DNA of 64,000 nt from the NCBI GenBank assembly GCA_965205975.1, contig OZ242195.1, positions 2,304,001-2,368,000 on the forward strand, given 5' to 3'. A model generated the notes under the pieces. That model worked only from the letters and a program-made list of their open reading frames with translations, made no database searches and was not told the DNA's origin. How positions within the stretch are numbered: the stretch's first letter is position 1; each line of letters begins with the position of its first letter. This DNA comes from Candidatus Latescibacterota bacterium. Lineage in GTDB: Bacteria; Latescibacterota; UBA2968. Of this stretch, positions 56,453-64,000 are shown one piece after another. A program made the position numbers and the translations under genes.

Positions 56453-57858
56453 CAGCCCCGCACTCCTTTTTTCACCGCATCGCCCACAACACTCACCTCG
56501 TCATCTCTTATCGTGCGCAAATCCAAAAATAACTGCTCCTCACGCACATAGCCAATAACGGGCGGATCATAGCGGCGCAACTTATTAGACAAAGATAAAA
56601 TATCGCCACCAGAAATTGTGACCGCAACACTCGGAATATTTTCCAAAGGCAGCGCACCACTGCCAGTTTGTGCCTGAGAATCGACCAGTTCACACGTAAA
56701 ACCCTCAAGTTCACCAACCATCCGCAACAACCTCTGACCGCGTCGCTCAAGCATTCCCACAGGCTCTGTCAACATGCGGAGTGTGGGATGTTCGCGCGCT
56801 AATGCCTCTGGATTTAAGAACAACTTCAACGTCGCCTCCAGCGCAGCATAAGTCAGCTTCCCACAACGCAACGCGCGCATCAAGGGATTTTTGCGAATTT
56901 GTTCTACGACACTTTGTTTGCCCACAATAATCCCACACTGCGGCCCACCGAGCACCTTGTCACCGCTAAACATCACCACATCTGCCCCTGCGGAAATACT
57001 ATCGGATACCAGGGGTTCATAAGGCAGCCCGTAATCTCGCAAATTGACCAGCACGCCGCCGCCCAAATCGTGCGCCACAGGCACGCCGCGTTGTCGTCCC
57101 AATGCCACCATATCTTTCAGTGCAACTTCGGCGGTAAATCCCATCACCTTGTAATTGCTCGGATGGACCGCCAGCATCACCCCCGTATTTTCCGTCAAAG
57201 CGTTTTCGTAATCGCTCAAATGGGTGCGATTGGTCGTACCTACCTCGACGAGTTGCGCCCCACTGCGCGACATAATATCGGGAATGCGGAACGACCCTCC
57301 AATTTCGACCAGTTGCCCACGCGACACAATCGCCTCTTTCCCACCAGCCAGTGTATTTAACGTCAGCAAAACAGCCGCTGCATTATTATTGGCAATCGCA
57401 GCGGCTTCGGCACCGGTCAACTCACACAGCAATTCTTCCACAAGCGTCGTACGCGACCCGCGCTGTCCAGTCTCCAGGTCCAACTCCAAATTGCTATACG
57501 AACCAGCAATATCAGCAATATGTTTCACCGCAACATCGGGCAGTGGTGCGCGTCCCAAATTGGTATGCAGAATAACCCCGGTCGCATTCACAACACGCCT
57601 GAGATTTGGCGCAAACTGTTCTGCTAATTCCCTCTGCACATCCCCGACAATCCATTTAATCAACGCCTCACGCGACGCACCCACCGCCTCGCCATCGCGC
57701 ATCATTCCCCGCACGCGGTCTATCGCCTGCCGAATCATGTCGGTCAAAACAGATGTCCCACACCGCTTTGACAGCACCTGTATCGCACGTTCATTGAGCA
57801 CCCGATCTACACCGGGAATAGTTGAATAATCTATATTCTTTTTTGAATCACCATTCAT
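56452..57858 (-). CDS. selA: L-seryl-tRNA(Sec) selenium transferase
   Basis: VNATGVILHTNLGRA, NNNAAA, SRGQLVEIGGSFR, EVGTTN, FSGDKVLGGPQ. Confidence 0.96.
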   Translation of the reverse strand: MNGDSKKNIDYSTIPGVDRVLNERAIQVLSKRCGTSVLTDMIRQAIDRVRGMMRDGEAVGASREALIKWIVGDVQRELAEQFAPNLRRVVNATGVILHTNLGRAPLPDVAVKHIADIAGSYSNLELDLETGQRGSRTTLVEELLCELTGAEAAAIANNNAAAVLLTLNTLAGGKEAIVSRGQLVEIGGSFRIPDIMSRSGAQLVEVGTTNRTHLSDYENALTENTGVMLAVHPSNYKVMGFTAEVALKDMVALGRQRGVPVAHDLGGGVLVNLRDYGLPYEPLVSDSISAGADVVMFSGDKVLGGPQCGIIVGKQSVVEQIRKNPLMRALRCGKLTYAALEATLKLFLNPEALAREHPTLRMLTEPVGMLERRGQRLLRMVGELEGFTCELVDSQAQTGSGALPLENIPSVAVTISGGDILSLSNKLRRYDPPVIGYVREEQLFLDLRTIRDDEVSVVGDAVKKGVRG

Positions 57859-57869
57859 CGTTCACTACC

Positions 57870-59486
57870 CTACGGCACAATTTTAAACACAATCTCTTGC
57901 TTCACATCGCGATCCGCCAGCAAATCCGTCACTTTGACGCGGACTTCTTGACCGCCCGGCTCGGCATCTTTCAAGTCCAATTCGACATACGCCATATCCT
58001 CTGTGGTATCACCCGATTGCTCATAAGAAATCACCACTTCCCGGCGCTTCTCTTGCAAGCGCAACATGCGGCCCAATCCGCGCAGCGCGCGAATCGGCGC
58101 AAGCCCTTTTTCCTGAGCTCGAAAAGAATAATCCACGCGATACTTCGTCCGTCCAAATTCATTGCGTTTCAAATTGTACACTTCAAAATAGACAAATGCA
58201 TTTTGATCTGGGCGAAACGCCTTTGATGCCATTGGAATAATTTTTAATCCGCGTTTTTGAAACGGACCTTGCTCGTCACTCGGACCAACATAAAATGCAA
58301 GGGCAATATCGCTCATCAGAAGATCATCGCGCCGCGAAAAATCTGCTACAGCCAGTGATTGCTGATACACCTGCGATTTTCCCGACACCACATCGCGAAT
58401 CTGAAAAGAAAGATAGTGCAGCCCAGATTCAACCTCAAACGCGAGCACACCCGGAATAAACGCCCCATCCAACACTTGCTGGTCTGAAGGTGCCTGAAAT
58501 GTCAATTGATCCTGCACGCGATAGACCTCCGTCCACAGGCTATCAAACATCGCAAGACCGCGGTCCAGCATCACCCGATCGGTTTTGTCATCAATGGGCA
58601 ACCGCGCCATTTCCGTAGCTGGCAACCCATAATAGATCTCCAGCCGCGTTGCGCCATCTTCACCGCGAAATCCAGCGGGAAAATAATAAAAATCAACGGG
58701 AAGCTCGGCAATATCTGCATCGTAAACAGAGGGCTGATGCGCTGCCACTTGCCGCAAAACCACCTCGCTTTGATACGCCAGCAAATCCGTTGTTAGTGAT
58801 AGACTCAAACCATCGGGCATCGGTGCAAAATCATACCTGTTCCCCTTGCCGCGGCGCACAAAATCGAACTCTGTACCCCCCTCCAAATCCGCATATACCC
58901 AATACTCCCACCACGACATCGCTGGCACGGGAAAAATGGGTTGCCCTGGCCTGATCCTCAGGGCAATACGTCTGCGATTTACGTAATTTTGTCGCGCATC
59001 CTGTATCTCTCGATCCATCTCATTTTGAATATCGCCCGACTTGCTCGTGTGATCGGGTTTGCCAAACCGCACATAAACCTCGCCCCGATCATCCCACGGG
59101 AACTGTCCCTCACCGTAATATCGGCGCGCATACGCCACGCGCCGATAATGCTCAATGAGCCGCTCATTAGCCTTTGTCAACGGCGAAGGATCCAGACGTC
59201 GCCAAAAGCGGTCGGTCAACTCGGCGCGCTTTTCCGTATTCGCATCCCGGTAAATTTCCAGATCATCGGGTAATGCCACCTGCGCCAAATCGCGATAGAG
59301 CACCTGTTCTTCTTCTGACAATTCTTTGATATATTCTTCAAACAACGCCTGCGCCTTCGCATAGTCTCGAACGGACTGCGCCTGTACCGCCTGTACCAAC
59401 AGCGGCTCGTCAAAACCGCCCTCCTGCGCCCAAAGCGTTGTGCCCAACGCACACACCATCAGAAACCCCTTCAATATCGCATGCAT
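57870..59486 (-). CDS. Secreted GWxTD-like domain protein (paralogue of the 22540-24897 C-terminus)
   Basis: FWRRLDPSP.T.ANE...EHYRRVAYA...PWDDRGEVYVRFGKPD, YFEVYNL; start set at ATG 59486. Confidence 0.8.
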   Translation of the reverse strand: MHAILKGFLMVCALGTTLWAQEGGFDEPLLVQAVQAQSVRDYAKAQALFEEYIKELSEEEQVLYRDLAQVALPDDLEIYRDANTEKRAELTDRFWRRLDPSPLTKANERLIEHYRRVAYARRYYGEGQFPWDDRGEVYVRFGKPDHTSKSGDIQNEMDREIQDARQNYVNRRRIALRIRPGQPIFPVPAMSWWEYWVYADLEGGTEFDFVRRGKGNRYDFAPMPDGLSLSLTTDLLAYQSEVVLRQVAAHQPSVYDADIAELPVDFYYFPAGFRGEDGATRLEIYYGLPATEMARLPIDDKTDRVMLDRGLAMFDSLWTEVYRVQDQLTFQAPSDQQVLDGAFIPGVLAFEVESGLHYLSFQIRDVVSGKSQVYQQSLAVADFSRRDDLLMSDIALAFYVGPSDEQGPFQKRGLKIIPMASKAFRPDQNAFVYFEVYNLKRNEFGRTKYRVDYSFRAQEKGLAPIRALRGLGRMLRLQEKRREVVISYEQSGDTTEDMAYVELDLKDAEPGGQEVRVKVTDLLADRDVKQEIVFKIVP

Positions 59487-59572
59487 AACAACCACCTTGT
59501 GAAATATAGATATGCCGTATATCAAATCTACCCGATAATCCCCCGACCCGCAAAGAAAATCTCCCACATTTA

Positions 59573-59601
59573 TTGACAAGCAACACGCCTGCATGTATCT
59601 T
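59573..59601 (+). promoter_or_regulatory. sigma70-type promoter of fbaB
   Basis: TTGACA-N17-TATCTT. Confidence 0.6.
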
Positions 59602-59706
59602 TTTCTCCTATTTTTGGAAAAATCAGCGCGCGCTCGCAAAACTTTTACAATCCCAGTAACCTCACCGGACCTGGCCCCAATTTAATTTCTTTAGAAGGAG
59701 TTCTCC

Positions 59707-60780
59707 ATGGCAGTTGCTGTTCAAAGTGGCATTGACAAAATCGCAGACTACCTCGGCAATGACGCCGACGACTTACTCGATTACGAAGCACTGGTAAATA
59801 AAAACTTTCTCACACTACCCGGTCCCGACTTTATCGACCGGGTCTTTGCAGACTCTGACCGCACCATTCCCGTACTCAACAACCTGCAACGCCTCTACAG
59901 TGCGGGGCGGCTCTCGGGCACGGGGTACATTTCCATTCTACCCATCGATCAGGGCATAGAACACTCCGGCGGCGCATCCTTTGCTCCCAACCCCATCTAC
60001 TTTGACCCCGAAAACATCGTCAAACTCGCCATTGAAGGGGGCTGTAATGCCGTGGCAACCACGCTGGGCGTACTCGGGATGGTCGCCCGCCAATACGCCC
60101 ATAAAATTCCCTTCATCCTCAAATTCAACCACAATCAACTACTCACGTACCCATCCCAATACGACCAGGTCATATTTGGACAAGTCGAACAAGCCCGGGA
60201 AATGGGATGTGCAGGCGTAGGAGCCACAATTTATTTTGGCTCGCCCGAATCCAACCGACAAATTGTCGAAATCAGCGAAGCATTTGCCCGCGCACACGAA
60301 CTGGGGCTATTTACCGTACTGTGGTGCTATTTGCGCAACTCGGCATTTGCGACCGACGACATCGACTATCACGAAGCCGCAGACCTCACGGGACAGGCTA
60401 ACCACCTCGGTGTCACCATCGGCGCAGACATCATCAAACAAAAATTGCCGACCAACAACAACGGTTACACAGCCCTGAATTTTGGACGCACCCACGACAA
60501 AGTCTATACCGAACTCTCATCTGATCACCCCATTGACCTGTGTCGCTATCAGGTCGTCAATTGTTACATGGGCAAAGCCGGACTGATCAATTCCGGGGGC
60601 GCATCCTCAGGCGCCAGTGATTACGCCGAAGCCGTGCGAACCGCTGTAATCAACAAACGCGCCGGAGGCACGGGCCTCATCTCTGGGCGCAAGGCATTTC
60701 AACGCCCCATGCACGAAGGCATCCAACTCCTCAACAACATTCAAGATGTCTATCTCTGCCCCGATGTGACCATCGCCTGA
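59707..60780 (+). CDS. fbaB: Class I fructose-bisphosphate aldolase (DhnA type)
   Basis: [38 protein letters not shown]. Confidence 0.95.
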   Translation: MAVAVQSGIDKIADYLGNDADDLLDYEALVNKNFLTLPGPDFIDRVFADSDRTIPVLNNLQRLYSAGRLSGTGYISILPIDQGIEHSGGASFAPNPIYFDPENIVKLAIEGGCNAVATTLGVLGMVARQYAHKIPFILKFNHNQLLTYPSQYDQVIFGQVEQAREMGCAGVGATIYFGSPESNRQIVEISEAFARAHELGLFTVLWCYLRNSAFATDDIDYHEAADLTGQANHLGVTIGADIIKQKLPTNNNGYTALNFGRTHDKVYTELSSDHPIDLCRYQVVNCYMGKAGLINSGGASSGASDYAEAVRTAVINKRAGGTGLISGRKAFQRPMHEGIQLLNNIQDVYLCPDVTIA

Positions 60781-60789
60781 TTTACACAC

Positions 60790-60837
60790 AAAAAAAGCGG
60801 AGCTTTCGATCTATCGAAGGCTCCGTCTTTTGTTTTT
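60790..60837. terminator. Bidirectional terminator
   Basis: CGGAGCTTTCGAT-CT-ATCGAAGGCTCCG flanked by A and T runs. Confidence 0.75.
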
Positions 60838-60869
60838 AAGATGGATGTACGGGAACTGTCCGCTACTAT

Positions 60870-61304
60870 TCAAACCAGCTTTTCACCGTCGAAAATCATT
60901 TTGTCCTTTTCGTAAATCGCGCCCGTTTCTTCATCCAACTCGTACTTCATCAACTGCCCCATAGACATATGGTTAAACACCTCTTTGGGATCGCCGTATT
61001 TTTCCAGCAACTTTTCAATCGGACCTTCAAACTCATAGGTTCGGCGTTTGGGCCGTTCGCGTGCTCGGCGCTCGGATTCTTCCTTGCTCAAAATGGGCAA
61101 TCGCTCGGCAGCGGGTCCCAATCGACTCGCGTATTCCTGACGCCTGCGGTACTGATCGTGCCGCTTTTCAACCTCATCTTTGGCCTCTTCTCGCTCCTTA
61201 GCACTGAGCAGATCTCCTGCCCGTTCTGACCACTTTTCCTGTTCGCGCTCGCGCACATCATCGCGGCCCACTTTTCGCATAATATCTCGCAGTGAATCAC
61301 TCAT
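60870..61304 (-). CDS. Hypothetical highly charged protein
   Basis: RBS GGAGG; 144-aa ORF filling the gap; no family recognised. Confidence 0.7.
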   Translation of the reverse strand: MSDSLRDIMRKVGRDDVREREQEKWSERAGDLLSAKEREEAKDEVEKRHDQYRRRQEYASRLGPAAERLPILSKEESERRARERPKRRTYEFEGPIEKLLEKYGDPKEVFNHMSMGQLMKYELDEETGAIYEKDKMIFDGEKLV

Positions 61305-61473
61305 CTTTCAAACCCTCCAAAGCCAGATAAATTTAAGACTACCGGATGACCCAAAAATAACGCACCACATCCCGCTTGTCAAAAGGAAATTCTCATTTTT
61401 AAAAATATCAGGGTTGACGCTGGTCGCCTTTACAACCATATTGCAGTCATGCACACCATGCGAAAGGAAATAT

Positions 61474-62259
61474 ATGTCCAATATGAAACGACTTATCAAC
61501 ATCATGGCGCGCTTGAGAGGGCCTTCGGGCTGCCCGTGGGACAAAGAGCAAACGCACCAGAGTCTAAAACCCTATCTCATTGAAGAAGCCTATGAACTCC
61601 TCGAAGCGATTGACGACAATGACAATGACGAAATCAAAGAAGAACTGGGAGATCTTTTGCTACAAGTCGTCTTTCACGCGCAAATCGCCAGTGAAGAAAA
61701 CCGATTTACCATAGACGACGTAGCCGAAGCCATCGCCGACAAACTCATCCGCCGTCATCCGCATGTTTTTGGCGACACGCAAGCCGACACACCCGACGAA
61801 GTAATCAAAAATTGGGAAGCCATCAAAGCCGAAGAAAAACCCAACAAAAAAGCCTCCCTGCTCGACGGCGTACCGCAATATCTGCCAGCATTATTGAAGG
61901 CCCGCAGACTTCAGGAAAAAGCCGCGCGAGTGGGGTTTGAATGGGAACACATTGCGGATGTAGCTCGAAAAGTGCGGGAAGAAACAGAAGAATTAATGCA
62001 CGCACGAGAAACCGGCGCAATGGAAAAGATCCAGGAAGAATTTGGGGACTTGCTATTTGCCCTGGTCAATCTCGCTCGATTTCTCCAAATATGCCCCGAA
62101 GAAGCACTCATACAAATCAACAGAAAATTTCAATCGCGCTTCCAGTACATCGAAACCGAACTGAGCAAACAGGACAAAACACCTGATGACGCTACACTTG
62201 AAGAAATGGACGCGCTGTGGGAAGCCGCAAAAAAAGAGAATCAGCCCCAAAAATCGTAG
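61474..62259 (+). CDS. mazG: Nucleoside triphosphate pyrophosphohydrolase MazG
   Basis: LRGPSGCPWD, EEAYE, EELGDLLLQ, RRHPHVF, second EEFGDLLF. Confidence 0.95.
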   Translation: MSNMKRLINIMARLRGPSGCPWDKEQTHQSLKPYLIEEAYELLEAIDDNDNDEIKEELGDLLLQVVFHAQIASEENRFTIDDVAEAIADKLIRRHPHVFGDTQADTPDEVIKNWEAIKAEEKPNKKASLLDGVPQYLPALLKARRLQEKAARVGFEWEHIADVARKVREETEELMHARETGAMEKIQEEFGDLLFALVNLARFLQICPEEALIQINRKFQSRFQYIETELSKQDKTPDDATLEEMDALWEAAKKENQPQKS

Positions 62260-62753
62260 TGTGCAGACAATTCTAAAACGGGAATAGGAGCAGATTCCCA
62301 ATCGTCAATCCAACAAATAATGCTATCACAGGCCATATAATCGAGATTTTCGCGCTCGAAATCACTGCTGCGCAACACAGCGTGCGCTCGAACCGGCAAT
62401 TCATTACTCGACAGAATATAATTGGGAAACGCCTCCTGGGATTTGAGCACCTCAAACCCCAACTTGTCGTAAACCCGAATAAACAACTCGCGGACATTGG
62501 TCGCATTTCGCACAGCCGGATATGTCAAAAGTGGTTCTCGACTGACAGGCGCTAATTGTTTTTCAATAACATCAAGCGTACTCTGGGGAACCGTAATAGA
62601 TTTCGCATTTTTGCGCTCCAATTCAGCTTCGACCCGCTTGAGAGCCAACTCCGCAACCTCTTTGGAATCGCTAATCGACTTCCGCACGCGCTTGCCCTCT
62701 TCATCGTAATACCCGATCCACCACTTCTTTCCCCGCTGATAAAGCCACGCCAT
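62241..62753 (-). CDS. Integrase arm-type DNA-binding domain fused to a degenerate PD-(D/E)XK-like domain
   Basis: N-terminal LYQRGKKWWIGYYDEEGKRVRKS...A; C-terminal LGFEV...FPN...SSDF...CD.IICW..DW. Confidence 0.6.
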   Translation of the reverse strand: MAWLYQRGKKWWIGYYDEEGKRVRKSISDSKEVAELALKRVEAELERKNAKSITVPQSTLDVIEKQLAPVSREPLLTYPAVRNATNVRELFIRVYDKLGFEVLKSQEAFPNYILSSNELPVRAHAVLRSSDFERENLDYMACDSIICWIDDWESAPIPVLELSAHYDFWG

Positions 62754-62792
62754 AGTTGTGCTCCCACCGCAAAACGTCAGTGTGTCTTATAT

Positions 62793-62933
62793 TAGCCACA
62801 AAAAAAGAGAAAAACAATTTACTTCTGATATTATACAATATATTGTATATCGCTCTCAAAACAAAGCACAATATATAAAACAAAATGTGGCTAATAGCCA
62901 CAAAATGTCCATCAAATAATAATCTAAGCCACA
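62793..62933. promoter_or_regulatory. Cluster of TAGCCACA boxes and an 18-bp palindrome
   Basis: TAGCCACA 62793; TGTGGCTA-A-TAGCCACA 62886-62902; AAGCCACA 62926; TATACAATATATTGTATA 62832-62849. Confidence 0.6.
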
Positions 62934-62951
62934 CTTTTATGCAACTCTAAT

Positions 62952-63896
62952 TTACCGAATTTTTTCCCAAACAGTCGCCGCGGCGTGGACATCTTGAATC
63001 GCCAGACCGCTCGAATACGCAATACATCCCTGTCCGCGCAAGTGTTCCAAAAGTCCCAGTGCCGCATGCCCGATATTCAGCACCTCATCCTCGCCTTTCA
63101 CCCAGCGGGGCGTCTCATCTCTCTGGTACAACGCGAGAAACTCGCCCGAATTCAGCACCTGCTCACCGTGATCGGGCACCACAAATCGCCGCATCAACAA
63201 TCCCGGATCCAATTGCGTAGAACGCCCATCGCCCCCAATCACCGAAATATGCACATGGCTTTCCACATCGAATAGAATAGGCTCAGGCGTCGGCACAGAA
63301 GTAAAAATAGCATCTGCCCCATCAATACAAGTCTCAATATCCGCAACCACCTCCAGATCACAGGAAATATCTCCTCCAACATCTGCTTGATATGCCGCGC
63401 GCCTCTCGGCTGTCCTGCTCGTTACGCGTATGGTCTCTGGCACCAGAGCCACATCAATACATCTGCCCATTGCCTGTGCAATGCGTCCCGTCCCCAGAAT
63501 CGCCGCCGTGCGTACAGGCGTCTTCGCCAAATATTTAGCACCCAACGCACCCGCCGCGCCCGTACGCATATTGGTAATATACTCGGCATCAAACGAAATA
63601 CGGTCGCCCCTCCGCACATCTTCCAACTCGATCACAGCGGTTCTCGAACCCAACCGCCCCACCTTGACATCCGAACGCTCTTCGATAACCTTTTGTCCCG
63701 TAAATCTCCCCTTCCACCAGCCCGGCATCACCAGACGAAAAAGGTCCATTTCTCCCTCGCGCGAAACCTCCTCTTTGCGCAGCGGATTGACCATTTTTCC
63801 AAGACCATAAAGCCGAAACGCCTCATCGCAACTCTCGACAAAATCCCGCGTTGTCATCACCGAAGCGATTTGCTCATCTGAAATATACTGTCTCAT
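62952..63896 (-). CDS. Ornithine cyclodeaminase / mu-crystallin family protein
   Basis: ITNMRTGAAGALG, ILGTGRIA, SSGLAIQD. Confidence 0.85.
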   Translation of the reverse strand: MRQYISDEQIASVMTTRDFVESCDEAFRLYGLGKMVNPLRKEEVSREGEMDLFRLVMPGWWKGRFTGQKVIEERSDVKVGRLGSRTAVIELEDVRRGDRISFDAEYITNMRTGAAGALGAKYLAKTPVRTAAILGTGRIAQAMGRCIDVALVPETIRVTSRTAERRAAYQADVGGDISCDLEVVADIETCIDGADAIFTSVPTPEPILFDVESHVHISVIGGDGRSTQLDPGLLMRRFVVPDHGEQVLNSGEFLALYQRDETPRWVKGEDEVLNIGHAALGLLEHLRGQGCIAYSSGLAIQDVHAAATVWEKIR

Positions 63897-63934
63897 GTAT
63901 TACCTCACGTAAGAATGGGCGAACCTCACCCAAC

Positions 63935-63961
63935 GGGCGGGCACGGGGGCACCGCCCCTAC
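63935..63961 (-). repeat. GTAG-type REP-like palindrome
   Basis: Minus strand GTAG-GGGCGG-TGCCCCCGTGC-CCGCCC. Confidence 0.6.
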
Positions 63962-64000
63962 ATTGATTGAATTACCATACTGACGTTGTGCTACGCGTGC

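Overview
Bacterial chromosomal segment from a diderm (BamA, Skp and RND present). The gene content (GWxTD-like, DUF6785-like and several PhyH, sulfatase and ABC-permease paralogues) resembles FCB-group organisms such as Latescibacterota or Gemmatimonadota; this is inference only. The core part has bamA(3')-skp-fabZ, an ABC-F gene, pyrF, RNase P RNA, rnhA, a zinc-ribbon protein, tRNA-Val(CAC), modBC, selAB, fbaB and mazG. The accessory part has a damaged type I restriction-modification locus, three toxin-antitoxin-type pairs, an internally deleted ABC-permease pseudogene, a GtrA/DUF2723 pair, a pentapeptide/FRG pair and many catabolic enzymes. No CRISPR array, rRNA, intact integrase or transposase was seen. 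The most notable unexplained signals are: (1) a dispersed hairpin motif CGGTGTACAACTG-loop-CAGTTCA in three copies, two of them fused to different short tandem arrays and one inside a CDS; (2) an ~800-bp structured leader with twin tripeptide uORFs and tandem terminators before an ECF sigma factor; (3) an integrase arm-type domain fused to an apparently dead PD-(D/E)XK domain, with repeated TAGCCACA boxes upstream; (4) a sigma70-family gene whose promoter spacer holds a GAAC-N4-GTTC box; (5) an orphan single-strand-annealing-like operon; (6) several deletions that appear to be microhomology-mediated. All family calls come from motif recognition by eye, not database searches.
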